The notes under the pieces are model-generated. The model had not been told where the DNA came from, ran no database searches, and saw only the letters and a program-made list of their open reading frames with translations. The position numbers and the translations under genes were made by a program. Shown here piece after piece: positions 1-13,032 of a stretch of DNA of 64,000 bases (the first letter of the stretch is position 1; the number at the start of each line of letters is the position of its first letter). The stretch comes from Octopus vulgaris (lineage: Eukaryota): positions 4,712,001-4,776,000 of the forward strand of contig OX597839.1 of the NCBI GenBank assembly GCA_951406725.2, given 5' to 3'.

Positions 1-84
1 TACATGTATATATATATATTAAATACTCATATATGTGTATATATGTGTGTAGTTTTCTCTTTCTCGGTAAATATGTGTATATAT

Positions 85-129
<45 letters not shown>

Positions 130-545
130 TATATATATGCATACATTCATATACATACATACTCACTCACAGCTGCATACACACACATACACAAATACAC
201 GCAAACACACACACACAGAGACACATACACACATACACACATATATGTATATTATCGATATGTAATTAAAAGATCTATCGATCTTAATGTAAGGAGTCTG
301 TAAATTTCATACTATCCGTGGTGGTTATAAAAAACAACGTTCAGGAGCAATTATAATTTATTGGCGAGCGTTGTACGCTTTTCCCACATTGAACATCCAC
401 AACCTGAAAACAATTTTGTTATATAGTCCACGGCTAGCAACTTCCGTCGCTATGAATGTGAATAAAGTTCCAAATTGTGGGAGTTGTGCAATAAAGTCCA
501 GCCTACATATGTTTCCTAGCTAGCAGATCATCTGACGTAATAAAT

Positions 546-932
546 GGATGGAAGCACTCCGTCGGTTACGACGACGAGGGTTCCGGTTGATCCGAATCAA
601 CGGAACAGCCTGCTCGTGAAATTAACGTGTAAGTGGCTGAGCACTCCACAGACACGTGCACCCTTAACGTAGTTCTCGGGGATATTCAGCGTGACACAGA
701 GAGTGACAAGGCCGGCCCTTTGAAATACAGGTACAACAGAAACAGGAAGTAAGAGTGAGAGAAAGTTGTGGTGAAAGAGTACAGCAGGGATCACCACCAT
801 CCCTACCGGAGCCTCGTGGAGCTTTAGGTGTTTTCGCTCAATAAACACTCACAACGCCCGGTCTGGGAATCGAAACGGCGATCCTATGACCGCGAGTCCG
901 CTGCACTAACCACTGGGCCATTGCACCTCCAC
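546..932 (-). mobile_element. tRNA-derived SINE, head A + tail 1, full length
   Basis: Minus strand starts GTGGAGGTGCAATGGCCCAGTGGTTAG (A box) ... GTTTCGATTCCC (B box). Flanked by TSD GAYGTAATAAAT (534-545 / 933-944). The head recurs at 5097, 11004 and 30108; the tail recurs at ~9210, 11580, 41430, 48630 and 51715. Confidence 0.9.
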
Positions 933-1183
933 GATGTAATAAATAACGATGGGTAGTCCACTGCCTACTCATCATAATTATATGAAGGTTAATTTGTCAT
1001 TAGGGAATCTCTGGTGAGTTCTCCGGTGAGTTCACTTGGAAGTTCTTAACGGCAATGCGACCTTCATATAATTAAGGTATATTCGGCCTGATGTGAATTT
1101 ATGGAAAGGCATCCCATAAATCTCAACAAATTTGTTAAAAATAGAGAAGGGAAGACACCAAAATTTGAAAGAATTTTAATTCA

Positions 1184-1294
1184 TGCATACGATCGTTTCA
1201 AACAGTGATATTAAAACTTGTTAATTCATAGTAGAATAATTAAATTAATTTGATTAAATTAAATTAATTATATATTGCTGTTCTCCTCAATGCA
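1184..1294 (-). ncRNA. Type I hammerhead-ribozyme-like motif with long stem-II insert
   Basis: Minus strand: TGCA-TTGAGGA-GAACAG-(~70 nt AT-rich)-CTGTTT-GAAA-CGATCG-TA-TGCA. Stem I TGCA/TGCA, stem II GAACAG/CTGTTT, palindromic stem III, GUA cleavage triplet; C3 is replaced by U. Confidence 0.55.
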
Positions 1295-1360
1295 AGAAGT
1301 ATAAACAAAAATTATTATTACAGAGGACTTGATACAGGGAATAGCAGAAGGTTTAAAATA

Positions 1361-1447
1361 TTTGAAGGCTAAAACAATGCAAAGCGCATTGTGACCAGCG
1401 ATGTGTAGCAACATCTGATAGCCTGGTCGGTCACGGTGATCACGATG

Positions 1448-1450
<3 letters not shown>
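1361..1450 (+). mobile_element. 5'-truncated SINE tail 3 fragment
   Basis: TTTGAAGGCTAAAACAATGC...GCCTGGTCGGTCACGGTGAT is the reverse complement of the tail at 11004-11085. Confidence 0.75.
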
Positions 1451-1484
<34 letters not shown>

Positions 1485-2044
1485 TGTATATAGACTCTGT
1501 ATAATATCGGTGCCACGTGCATGTGTGTGTCAAGTGAGCACTGCACATGTGATTGATATGTGTGTGTATGTATGTTTGTGTATGCTTTTGTGTGTATATG
1601 CATGTAAGTGCACCTGAATCTGTCCATGCTGTGGATATGTACGTGTGAAACTAACAACAACAACAACAACCACAACAGCAATATCGGCAACAAAAACACA
1701 GTAACAATAAAATTTACTATGTAAAATAAAAAGAAAAAAAATCTGTGGTCGTAATTTGTAAATAGCTTTTGATGTTAGAGACGTAAGTAAGATTATTTGT
1801 AAAACCACATTAATTGTATTAGCATGGCCTGCAGTAGAAAATACAAGAAAAAAAATTAAATAGAATACAAAATAAAATATATAAAACACTAATAAAAAAA
1901 AAACAACTGGAAAAAAGAAATCACAGAGTAAAGACATAATTACATATACATCCATCCATACACACACACATATATATATGAAGAGAATAAAAGAGCGTAT
2001 TATAAAGTAACAACAAGGAGGAGGAGGAGGAGGAGGAAAGCGGA

Positions 2045-2245
2045 TTTCAAATTTTGGCACAAGGCCAGAAAATTTTTAGGTGCGGGAAATCAATTATATC
2101 GACTGCAATACTCAAATCGTACTGAATTTATCGACCCCGAAAGTAGGAAATGTCAACCTCGGCAAACGTCGATATCAGAACGTAGAGAGAGAGAGACGAA
2201 ATGCAGCGAAGCTTTTTGTTCGGCGCACTAAGGGTTCTGCCGGCT
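2045..2245 (-). mobile_element. Degenerate SINE C-related copy with a different 3' tail
   Basis: TTTATCGACCCCGAAAG, TCAACCTCGGC and GACGAAATGC..GCACTAAGGGTTCTGCC match the reverse complement of SINE C. Confidence 0.6.
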
Positions 2246-2270
2246 AACCAACTTAGTACTTCTACTACTA

Positions 2271-2330
<60 letters not shown>

Positions 2331-2344
2331 TTTTCTTTATCTAT

Positions 2345-2376
2345 AGGCGTAGGAGTGGCTGTGTGGTAAGTAGCTT
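2345..2376 (+). mobile_element. SINE D 5' head, interrupted
   Basis: AGGCGTAGGAGTGGCTGTGTGGTAAGTAGCTT matches the first 32 nt of SINE D (cf. 30043 and 34903 on the minus strand), then unrelated sequence begins. Confidence 0.75.
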
Positions 2377-3640
2377 AGTTACTTCCGGTTAACCAGAATG
2401 CAACACTAGTTGGTCTGGACTGTTACAGGGAGATGAGAGTTTCGGCTCCGTGAATAGAAAAAAAGAACAAAAAGAAAAATTGTCAATTATGGCTCGCTAT
2501 AGCGAGAAAAATACTGGGTTCTCATCACCGTAACGGTGAATTGAGAATTTTTGCTTGAAAATTCTTTTTGTAAATTCTAGTGGGCGTATCTCGCCAGAAA
2601 AATAAGAATAAGCCATTTGGATTACCTTTTTGGAGTATTATACAAAGGGTTCCCTGTCTGTGCTATTTGTGAGGTTTTTCTTTTACTTTTCCCTTCTATT
2701 TTATCTTTCTTTCTAAATTTTGGTTCATTCTTTTCATTACTTTAATTTCAGTTTCCCCCCCTCCTCTTTTATTTTGTTCGGTTTAATTTTTTGGTAGACT
2801 GTCTTTTGAACTACTTTTGAACTGTTTTTAGACATGGCAAAGAAGGAACTTAAAAAGAAAAACTCTGTCCTAGAGTGGGACATTAACCCGCCTAAGCAGT
2901 GGTTAAAAGATATGGGGGCGATCTGGTTTTTCCAGATTTCTTGAAAATGGCTGGCTGCAGGTATCCGGTGATACTTGAGGGACGTCCCCCGAAGTGTCAC
3001 TCGTGCCTGCAGCCAGGCCACATTAAAAGGAACTGCCCCCAGAACCATGGTGAGGTCCTGGAACAGTCACTAGATGCCACCTCCCGTACCCGGTCAAAGG
3101 GAGAGGTGGATGTGGTCGAGGAGGCTTCAGCCTCCTCAACTCAAAAAGGATTAAAAAGGAAGAAGGCGGGCAACAGTAGTTGCCCGCCTGAGGAACCTAA
3201 GGCTTCGGGAGGCGGGGGAGAGTCTCCGGACAAAGCGGAAGAGCTCCATTCTCCCTAAGTCAGGAAGAAAAGAAAAAAAAGAAGGAAGAAGAACGGGTCA
3301 TCTCAGCGGGGAGATGATGTGCCGTCTGCATGTCCCGAAGTTGTGTCACCCACAGTGGAAGAAACCACCCCCATCCTTAAAGATGATCAATTAATTATAG
3401 AAGAATATAAAGAGACAGTAGATATGCCCTTCACACGGGATCCTGAATGGCTTCCGCAGATAGCTGTGGAGGTCATAAGGTTTCCCTTGTGGGAAAGGCT
3501 TAAAGGATTTGGGGAGGAGTGTCGCATATGGCCGGGTACCCTTACACGACTTACATGTCCTACATGAGTGAGGCATGGGAAATGGCGGGATACAGGAACA
3601 ATATTTATATCCTTTTTCCAGTAACTTTTCGTACTGATCT
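2377..3640 (+). mobile_element. Tx1/L1-clade-like non-LTR retrotransposon 5' part (UTR + ORF1), internally deleted
   Basis: Complex sequence with a pyrimidine-rich leader followed by a gag-like ORF1. No ORF2 seen; 3' boundary approximate. Confidence 0.55.
2834..3567 (+). pseudogene. Disrupted LINE ORF1 (gag-like) with CCHC zinc knuckle
   Basis: ATG at 2834 (MAKKELKKK...), frame change near 2915, then ..YPVILEGRPPKCHSCLQPGHIKRNCP (C-x2-C-x4-H-x4-C preceded by G-x-P, as in Tx1-type ORF1). ORFs 2899-3258 and 3319-3567 are in the same frame, separated by one TAA. Confidence 0.7.
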
Positions 3641-4204
3641 TATATACACACAGACACAAACACACACAAACATACACACACTGATCTTATTCTCTTGATA
3701 GGCACACGTACACACACGCATGTATATATATATATATATATATATACTCACACACATATACATATATATATATATACAGATCTCTCTCTCTACACACACA
3801 CCGGCACCCGCACCAGCACAGGCACACACACACACACAGACAGACACATACACACACACACATACATATATATACATTCATGACTATTGATTGATTATGT
3901 CATTGATTTAGATATAATAGTCTCTCATTATCGATCAAAGATAGCTATCTGAACACATCATTGCACACACACACACACACACACACAGATACACTCGCAC
4001 AGACACTCTACATATTGCCTATATTGACTTCCGTAAATTGGTTTCACGCTGACATTCCGGAACGTTGACGCAGCAAACTCCGCTCTCGAGTTTGTCGCAG
4101 CCTCTGACGAAAACTTCGGTACGACAGACTGACATTGGAGATTTGCGTATCGAAAACATCGGCTTGTATTACACATGTGTATCGAAAGCCACACGATACA
4201 TACA

Positions 4205-4633
4205 TCATCATCATTGCTCGACCGTGGTCGAGACAATGGAATTTACTATGTTACGCCAGACTTCACGGTCCATCATAGCATTACGGAGGTCCTGTTGCTG
4301 GATGCCTGTATCCCTGGAGATTACATCAAGGTAGGAGAGTGTGCGCTCTCTGGTATCGCGAGTAGATGGCTTCCAGAGGAGTCCAAGATTGAGTAAGTAA
4401 ATAAGTGCCTGTCCAACAGTGATTTCATCATTTATACTCTCAACAATACGTTCTTAAATATGGTTTCTGATTACAAATATCTTGGGTCATACATATCATC
4501 ATCTGAAAAAGATGTTCTAACTAGAAAGGGTATGGCCTGGTCAGCCTGCAATGATATGCATAAGATCTGGTCATCAAATCTAAGTAGAGATTTCAAACTT
4601 AAAATCTTCAAAGCCACAGTCGAACCAATTCTG
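4205..4633. mobile_element. RTE-clade LINE 3' fragment with internal inversion
   Basis: 4205-~4380 on minus encodes the ORF end (LLWKPS..DVISRDTGIQQQDLRNAMMDREVW..EQ*) plus a (GAT)n tail. ~4378-4633 on plus encodes YKYLGSYI..RKGMAWSA..KIFKATVEPIL. TSD CGATACATACA (4194-4204 / 4634-4644). Confidence 0.85.
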
Positions 4634-5096
4634 CGATACATACAATAATACACATACATACATACATACATACATACATACATACATACATACATACATA
4701 CATACGTACGTACGTACGTACGTACATGCATACATGCATGCATACATACATACATACATACATACATACATACATACATACATACATACATACATACATA
4801 CATACATACATACATACATACAAACATACATACATACATGATAGCTGTTGGTTCGTTAGATGACTATGACTATGGTTGACTAAATAAAGATTATCGTATA
4901 ATGTGAGAACAACAATGGCTCTTGAATCCTGCCAGCAGCTTAGAGAACATTTTACAGATTCGATATTCATGCAAATTTTTCAGACTTCGTCGTTGTTCCG
5001 GATCATTGTGATGATTTTTCTCTGTGCATCCTCCTGTGCCTAAATGGACCTCAGCGGTTTATACGCGTTTGCTAGGCGGCAGTGTATGTAATGTAG

Positions 5097-5388
5097 GTTG
5101 TTTGCTCCTTCTCGAGCCATGCGTGGCTCATAAGGGCCGGTTTCCCGCTTTCCTTGGTGTATAGGTTCCCCACCTGGACGGGACGCCGGTCCGCCGCAGA
5201 TGAGCTGCAAGATGCAGGAGGAAAGAGTGAGAGAAAGTTGTGGTGAAAGAGTCAGCAGAAGTTCGCCATTACCTTGAGCCACCTGGAGCTTAGGTGTTTC
5301 GCTCATAAACACACACATCACCCGGTCAGAGATTCGAACCCGCGATCCCTCGACCGCGAGTCCGCTGCGCTAACTACTGTGGCTCCAC
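5097..5388 (-). mobile_element. SINE head A + tail 2
   Basis: Head as at 546-932; tail GGACCGGCGTCCCGTCCAGGTGG..GGAAACCGGCCCTTATGAGCC..GGCTCGAG. TSD ATGTAATGTAG (5086-5096 / 5389-5399). Confidence 0.9.
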
Positions 5389-5493
5389 ATGTAATGTAGT
5401 CCCCAGCAACGAAATCGTTGTTGTTTATGGCAATGTATTCATACATACATAAATACATATATACTTTCATATATTTGTGTAAAAATTGAAGTG

Positions 5494-5885
5494 AGGAGAT
5501 GTGGCTGTGTGGTAAGAACTATGTTTCCCAACTACATGATTCCGGGTTCAGTCCCACTGCGTGGTAACTTGGGTGAGTTTCTTCTACTGAGCCTCGGGTC
5601 GACGAATGCCTTGTCAGTGTATTTGGTAGACGGAAACTGAAAGGAAGCCAGTTTTATATGTATATATTTATGTGTGTGTGTATTTGTGTCTGTATTTGAC
5701 CCCCACCAGCAATTGACAGCCGATGTTGGTGAACTACCTCTCCGGAACTTAGCGATTCGGAAAAAGAGAACGATAGAGTACATGCCTTACAATAAAAAAA
5801 AAACATTCATTCGGCTAAAAACTCTTAAAGGCGGTGCCCCAGTATGGCTGCAGTGTGGTAACTGAAATAAATAAAAGATAAAAGC
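5494..5885 (+). mobile_element. SINE D, diverged full-length copy with internal TA/TG microsatellite
   Basis: GTGGCTGTGTGGTAAG (A box), GGTTCAGTCCC (B box), GGTAGACGGAAACTGAAAG, 3' AAAGGCGGTGCCCCAGTATGG..CTGAAATAAATAAAAG. Confidence 0.85.
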
Positions 5886-6399
5886 CAAGAGACTTTCACA
5901 GGATTTGAACATCTTAAGAGCTCTATTTTATCTTATTTATTGAAATATTTCGTTATACAATATATCAAAAAGTTTCTGAACGATTTAACCTATATGCAGT
6001 ATTCACCTCCTCTCACACTCCATGAAGATCGTAATTATTTTCACAGCTACTTAACCGCAAGGCAGACAGACCATTCCGATATTGTCCACTACACAATATA
6101 TACTTATTCGTATAGCTATATTTATACGCGTGTGGGTTTATGAGACAATTCAGTAAGTTATATAACTGTTATGAAAGCTATTCTGTTTTCATACTCTCAG
6201 AGATATGATGTCCAAACTTGGTGAATGTGTTTCAAAGAATCTGTTGTAAATGGAGTTTTCACCAACATTGTTATCCAATTGTATAAGAATTAAAGAGGAA
6301 AACCTATAGAAGAGCTTCTAGCGATACAGTTACGTTGCCGCATATACAATAAGGCTGTGAGTTTAGTTGATACCAGCGTGGGCAGCGAAGACAAAGAGA

Positions 6400-6688
6400 T
6401 ATGTGTGTGTATGTATGTATGTATTATATATGTATGTATTATGTATGCATGTATATATGTATGTATGTATTATATATGTATTATATATGTAGGTAGGTAG
6501 GCAAGAACGGGTGTATGTATACATATAAATATATACGTGTGTGGGAGCATGCAAGTACATCACATTGTATAGTTACACACACACACACACACACAAACAC
6601 ACAGACGCGCGCACACACAGATATATATGCATTTATAATTGCTGTATATATGTACATATATAGATATTTACGTAAATAGGCATATGAA

Positions 6689-6740
<52 letters not shown>

Positions 6741-6923
6741 TATATATATTTATATATTCATATACCTATTAATATATACAAGAAAAAGTATCATATATAT
6801 GTAAATATATATGCATTAATGTATATGTCAATGGTCATATATGTATGTATATACACAGACATATTTGTATATACATATGCATGTAGGTATATAGGTGTGT
6901 GCCTATATATATAGGTATACATA

Positions 6924-6955
<32 letters not shown>

Positions 6956-6960
6956 CACAT

Positions 6961-7011
<51 letters not shown>

Positions 7012-7331
7012 TATAAATGTGTGCGTGTGTATACATGTATACTTATATAGGCGCGCATAGGCACACACATATATATTTATGTATCAGACTAAGATAAAAT
7101 ATCAATAGACGTAATACGGTGCAGTCAATATAAAGGGGAATATTGAAAATTCTTTAAACACTCTGTTACGTTACGACGAGCCATTTAGCGAAAACCATTT
7201 TATTTGGCCTTTGTTCCGACTTTCAATTCTCACAAACTAAATATATCTGACTATCGGTCCGGTTTCAATTCATAAGCTTTTGTATTAGTATATACCTATG
7301 TTTGGGTTTATGTACGTATGTATGCATGTAC

Positions 7332-7369
<38 letters not shown>

Positions 7370-7826
7370 GTATGTGTTTATGAATGTACGATTGTACGTA
7401 AGTTGTATGTATGTATGCTATGTGTGTGTGTGTGGGTATATATATATGTGTATATATATATATGTGTGTATATGTGTATATATATGTACATATGTATATA
7501 TATATGTATATATGTATATATATGTATATATGTGTAAATATGTATATATGTGTATATATATATATGTATATATGTGTATATATGTATATATGTATATATG
7601 TATATATGTGTATATATGTATATATATGTATATATATATATGTATATATATATGTATATATATATGTATATATATATATGTATATATGTACATATATGTA
7701 TAAATATATGTATATATGTATATATATGTATGCATATATGTATGTATATATGTATATATATGTATATATATGTATGTATAAGTATGTATATGTATATATG
7801 TATATATATGTATGTATATATGTATA

Positions 7827-7917
<91 letters not shown>

Positions 7918-8010
7918 GTGGATGGTATGTATGAATGTATATGAAATATATATTCATTTTATATATATATATGTGTGTGTGTGTATGTGTGTGTGTGTAT
8001 GTATGTGTTA
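6400..8010. repeat. Compound (TA)n/(TATG)n/(CA)n microsatellite field
   Basis: Directly visible. Similar fields at 9590-10070, 12590-13030, 18450-20790, 35260-36930, 37490-40000, 46610-47000, 53120-53620, 55140-55660, 56880-57250, 58060-58680 and 63280-63660. Confidence 0.95.
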
Positions 8011-8472
8011 GTATATGATTAATGAGAGAATGGAAGAGGGAAGATACGAGAATCTTTATTGGTCACTACAATTGTTTTGACCCATCTAGCACTGATCCCT
8101 CGCGGCTGAGCTACAAGGCTTATGTAACAAAATAGATAAAAAGACAATAGCGGTATTTCTTTGGGGATTTTTAAAGGGAACGTTTCGGAAAGAGATCTTT
8201 GTCAGCGAAAACATGAAAGAAAAGAAATAAATGAAGGACGGCAGACTTGTACATAATCTAATGTAAAAAAATAAAAAGTAAAAAATGGCTTCAACTTCTA
8301 TGCGACACAAGAGCACCAGTGCCTTTGTACGTGATTCTGAAGTGATGGGAGAAACAATGGGAGAAGGAAGAAGGAAAGAAGGAACGAATAAAGAAATGAG
8401 GAAACGCAAACAACGTGTAAAGAGAAGGGAAAGGAAAAGCATTAGAGAGAAGGGAGCCGAATGTATGAAAAT

Positions 8473-8895
8473 GGATCTTTTCGGTTTGAATGGCAGTTTT
8501 TTCTAGCGGTGTCATATGAAATTGTCACCCATAATTATGACCCTAGTATCGATCTATTGCATTTCAATCTGTTTTAGGGTTAGGATTAGGGGTGGAGGGA
8601 AGGGTATCTTTTTTTCTTCAGAAATGTAAATAAACCCAATCTGTTTCTAAAACGAGGGACATATTCATACGGCACAGACTGTTTTTTTTTTTACCTCAAT
8701 AGACGTCAGTGATTGGTTGAAATTGCAGAAATTGAAGAAAAAAAGACAACAAATATCTTACAAACAATAGAATTTTCTCAATAAAGCCAAGAGAAAAAGA
8801 TGTTTTATAAACACATTCTACCAGTATACGAAGTTTAAAAGTGTTCAGTTACGTGGAAATTATGTTAAAAACTGCCGTTCAAACCGAAAAGATCC
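8473..8895 (+). mobile_element. 423-bp MITE, ~29-bp TIRs, 8-bp TSD
   Basis: GGATCTTTTCGGTTTGAATGGCAGTTTTT ... AAAAACTGCCGTTCAAACCGAAAAGATCC. Flanks ATGAAAAT / AAGAAAAT (7/8). Internal TTAGGGTTAGGATTAGGG. Near-identical copy at 33270-33689. GG termini plus 8-bp TSD are suggestive of Merlin (inference). Confidence 0.9.
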
Positions 8896-9094
8896 AAGAA
8901 AATATTTATCGAACTAAGAGGACGGCTAAGTACAGAAGGTAAGAAACGCTCATTTGAAATTATAGGTGACATTTTGCTACGATGGAATATGAAACGCTGC
9001 ACTCCCCGTTTCCTATAAGATCATGGACAGGAGTTAAAATTTGGAACCGATATTGAAATTAAAGTGTCATTAAACGGCAGCATGCATTTATACT

Positions 9095-9372
9095 CTGGTT
9101 AGCGGTTAGGGTAATCGGCTGACGATCGTAGAGTCGTGCGTTCGATTTCCGGCAAGACACTTTATTTCACGTTGCTCCAGTCCTCTCAGCCTGCAACAAT
9201 GAGTAGTACTTGTATTTCAGACGGTGAGCCTTGTCAGACTGTGTGTCACGGTGAATCTCCCTGAGAACTAAGTAAAGTTTAATCTCAGACACATGCACGT
9301 GAAATTCACAAGCTGGCTGTTTCGTTGATCGGAGGATCAACTGGAACCTTCGTCATCATAACCGACGGAGCG
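9095..9372 (+). mobile_element. SINE head B (CORE-like) + tail 1
   Basis: GGTTAGCGGTTAGGG..GTTCGATTTCC, GGCAAGACACTTTATTTCACGTTGCTCCAGT, then tail 1 to ACCGACGGAG. Confidence 0.8.
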
Positions 9373-9713
9373 GCAATTCTAGACTAACCAAGGACAATTT
9401 GTTTTTTTTTTACGCTTTCGAACTCCGTAAGAGAAGGAAGAATTAAAAGAATGAATTTTTCCGTAACCGAACTCACGCCTCCTTGTTGTAAATTTCAAAA
9501 TTTCAACAAAGAAGCTTTCATTGTTTTGAAATTTAGCTCCGATTTAATAATAAATTTTGTATTTTCCGATAAATTATTAATTCGTAATTTCACACAAACA
9601 CACCCACCCACACACACAGAGAAATGCATACACAAACAGATACACATGCATACGCATACCAAAATATGTGTGTATGTATATATGTATGTATATCTATATC
9701 TATATATATATAT

Positions 9714-9744
<31 letters not shown>

Positions 9745-9861
9745 CATACATATATACACACATTCTCACACACACACGTACACATATATATATTTATACA
9801 GGAACAAATATACATATCCATATGCACATAGGCATATACATGTGTATATATAGATATGTAC

Positions 9862-9899
<38 letters not shown>

Positions 9900-9950
9900 T
9901 TAAACACAAGTGTATATATATATATGTATGTAATTACGTATGTATATATG

Positions 9951-10012
<62 letters not shown>

Positions 10013-10384
10013 CGTGTATATATATGCATATATGTGTGTGTGTTTGTGTGTGTATTTATGTATGGATATACGGCTAAATAAATCTAATATGTCTTCGTAC
10101 ATTTATATTGTTTTAAGTTATCGATCGCTGTAAGACGGTGTTTGTCTAACACAGAGACCTTGAAACATCGATACAATATCATTAAATTAATATTGTGCGA
10201 TAGCGATTGAGGTGGTGGTGGTGCTGGCGGCTGTTATGGTCGTTGTGGTAGCGATGGTGGTGGTGGTGTCTGTTATAGTACGGTGGTTGTGTATATATGC
10301 AATGGTAGGAGAAACTAGTGGTGGTTGTAGTAGATTATGTTATTATTTTTTTGAAAGTTATGCTCCCGTTACAAATATCAATAT

Positions 10385-10752
10385 GATCGCCATCATCGAT
10401 ACCGTCACCACCACCACCACTGTCGACGCCACCACCACCACCACCACCGTCACCAGCACCACCACCACCGTCACCAGCACCACCACCACTGTCGACGCCA
10501 CCAACACCACCACGATCTCCACAACCACCTCCGCCACCACCACTATCATCATCAATAGTGTCGTCGTCATCATCATCATCATCATTATCATCAATACCGT
10601 CACCACCACCACCACTGGTGTCGCCACCACCACCACCACCAACACCACCACCACCACCATCTCCACAACCACCTCCACCTCCACCACCATCATCATCAGT
10701 GTCGTCGTCATCAACATCATTATCACCACCGCCACCATCACCACCACCAACG

Positions 10753-10792
<40 letters not shown>

Positions 10793-10930
10793 TATCATCA
10801 TCAGCAACAGCAGCGGTAACAATAAAGTCATCATTATCGTCGTCGTTATGAAGATCATCATCATCATCATCATCGTCGTCGCCGTCGTCATCAGTAATAA
10901 TATACTTACTTTTATTGTCATCGTCATCAT

Positions 10931-10961
<31 letters not shown>

Positions 10962-11003
10962 ATCATTCCGAAGACCATCATCATCATGATCATTGTCGTC
11001 GTC
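10385..11003. repeat. (CAC)/(CAT) trinucleotide array
   Basis: Directly visible. Other trinucleotide arrays at 28330-28780, 28970-29380, 40530-40890, 43020-43590, 44255-44700, 49310-49760, 60610-61070 and 63660-64000. Confidence 0.95.
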
Positions 11004-11308
11004 ATCACCGTGACCGACCAGGCTATCAGATGTTCCTACACATCGCTGGTCACAATGCGCTTCGCATTGTATTAGCCTTCAAATGGCGCCACCCCGTTGG
11101 GTAAGCGAGCAGGCCAACAGAAGAAAGAGTGAGAGAAGGTTGTGGCGAAAGAGTACAGCAGGGATCACCACCACTCCCTGCCGGAGACTCGTGGAACTTT
11201 AGGTGTTTCCGCTTAATAAACACTCACAACGCCTGGTCTGGGAATCGAAACCGCGAATCCTACGACCGCGAGTCCACTGCCCTAACCACTGGGCCATTGC
11301 GCCTCCAC
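11004..11308 (-). mobile_element. SINE head A + tail 3
   Basis: Head GTGGAGGCGCAATGGCCCAGTGGTTAGGGCAGTGGACTCGCGGTC; tail ..TTGAAGGCTAATACAATGCG..GCCTGGTCGGTCACGGTGAT. Confidence 0.9.
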
Positions 11309-11373
11309 ATTTGTATACATATACATACACATAAATACATACAATTTCCAATACATTAATACACACACACACA

Positions 11374-11428
<55 letters not shown>

Positions 11429-11435
11429 GTTGTAT

Positions 11436-11653
11436 GTGAAGGCGCATGGCTTTGTGTTTTGGGTATTCAGCTGACGATCGTGAAGTCGTGAGTTCGATTC
11501 CGGGCGACGCGTTGTGTCCTTGAGCAAGACACTTTATTTCACGTTCTTCCAGTCCATTCAGCTAGCAAAAATGAGTCGTACCTGTATTTCATCCTTGCCA
11601 GACTCTGTGTCACGCTGAATCTCCCTCAGAACTACGTTATGATCACGGTGATA
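11436..11653 (+). mobile_element. SINE head B + partial tail 1, ending in the tail-3 terminus
   Basis: GTGAAGGCGCATGGC..GAGTTCGATTCC..TTGTGTCCTTGAGCAAGACACTT..GAACTACGTTA then GATCACGGTGATA. Confidence 0.8.
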
Positions 11654-11663
11654 TACATATACT

Positions 11664-12008
11664 TATAAGTTAAGTTAAGTTAATTTTTTGGCTCAAAAAG
11701 CAAAAAGCAAGGCCATGTAGGGGGGACATGGAGTTATGTACAGGGAGGGTGTTCATACAAAGAGTTCAGGCCATTTCTGGTCAAGAGAGACTTTGAACCG
11801 AGCGGTCGTCGGCATCTTCACTATCTCGTCCGGCAGCTTATTCCACGGATCCGCAACCCGGACAGAGAAAGCCCCTCTCTTTCGATTGAGATGAAATCGT
11901 CGCAGATACAGCTTTCCGGAGAGACCCCGCAGCCTACGCTCTGGAGCAGGAGTGAAGAACAGCTCTTTCGAGAGGTTACTCTTTCCGCTTATGATGTTGT
12001 GAGCAAGA
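11664..12008 (-). mobile_element. CR1-like LINE 3' end (ORF2 C-terminus + 3'UTR)
   Basis: ..RRLRGLSGKLY..RGAFSVRVADPWNKLPDEIV..RFKVSLD* matches the CR1 C-terminal pattern RGH..KL..FS.RV...WN.LP..V...FK..LD. (TTAAC)n tail. The same UTR occurs at 32886-32960. Confidence 0.85.
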
Positions 12009-12378
12009 ATGTATATATATGTGTGTATGTGCATATACACATATATTTATATATATGTGTGTATGTGCATATATACGTATATACATAAATAAATTTATGA
12101 ATATATATAAATATACATGTATATATAGCCATATACGTACACACACACACACACACACTCACTCAAACACACTTCACCCTTGTAACCACACACCTGCTTT
12201 TCTCAGACCATTCTTTTCTTTCCTCTTTGTGATGAAAGGCCACGATCGGAACGTCTCAGCCCCTCCTCTTTTTTGCCATATTAAACTGAGCATCAGCTTA
12301 ATACGTTCACTGGGTCAGTGCCTTTGATTACCGTTGTTTGTGTTACTTGTTATTTTGATCTTATATTATTTGGTTATA

Positions 12379-12441
<63 letters not shown>

Positions 12442-12589
12442 TAATAATAAATCAAAATGTAAAAACAAAAATAATAAATAGATTAAAAGCAATAAAAAAG
12501 TATTAATCCGAGTATAATGCTGAATATTTAAGATTTCTTGCCGAAAGAAACACCACGAGATTAAGAAAATTGCTTACAAAATGACTATG

Positions 12590-12683
<94 letters not shown>

Positions 12684-12842
12684 ATGTATATATATATATG
12701 TGTGTGTGTGTGTGTATGTATATATATATATGTGTGAGTGTGTGTATGTATATATATATATGTGTGTATGTATATATATATGTGTGTGTGTATGTATATA
12801 TATATATATGTGTGTGTGTGTATGTATATATATATATACGTG

Positions 12843-12878
<36 letters not shown>

Positions 12879-12951
12879 TGTCTATGTGTAAGTATACGTA
12901 CATACGTATACATATATTCATATATGTATATATGCACATATATATATATAT

Positions 12952-13032
<81 letters not shown>

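Noticed and set aside
860-932. tRNA gene
   Set aside because: A/B boxes are present, but the sequence continues into a SINE body with a TSD and has no proper acceptor stem or terminator. The same applies to the other SINE heads.
8574-8592. Telomeric TTAGGG repeats
   Set aside because: Only about three imperfect units, and they are an internal part of the MITE (also near 33371).
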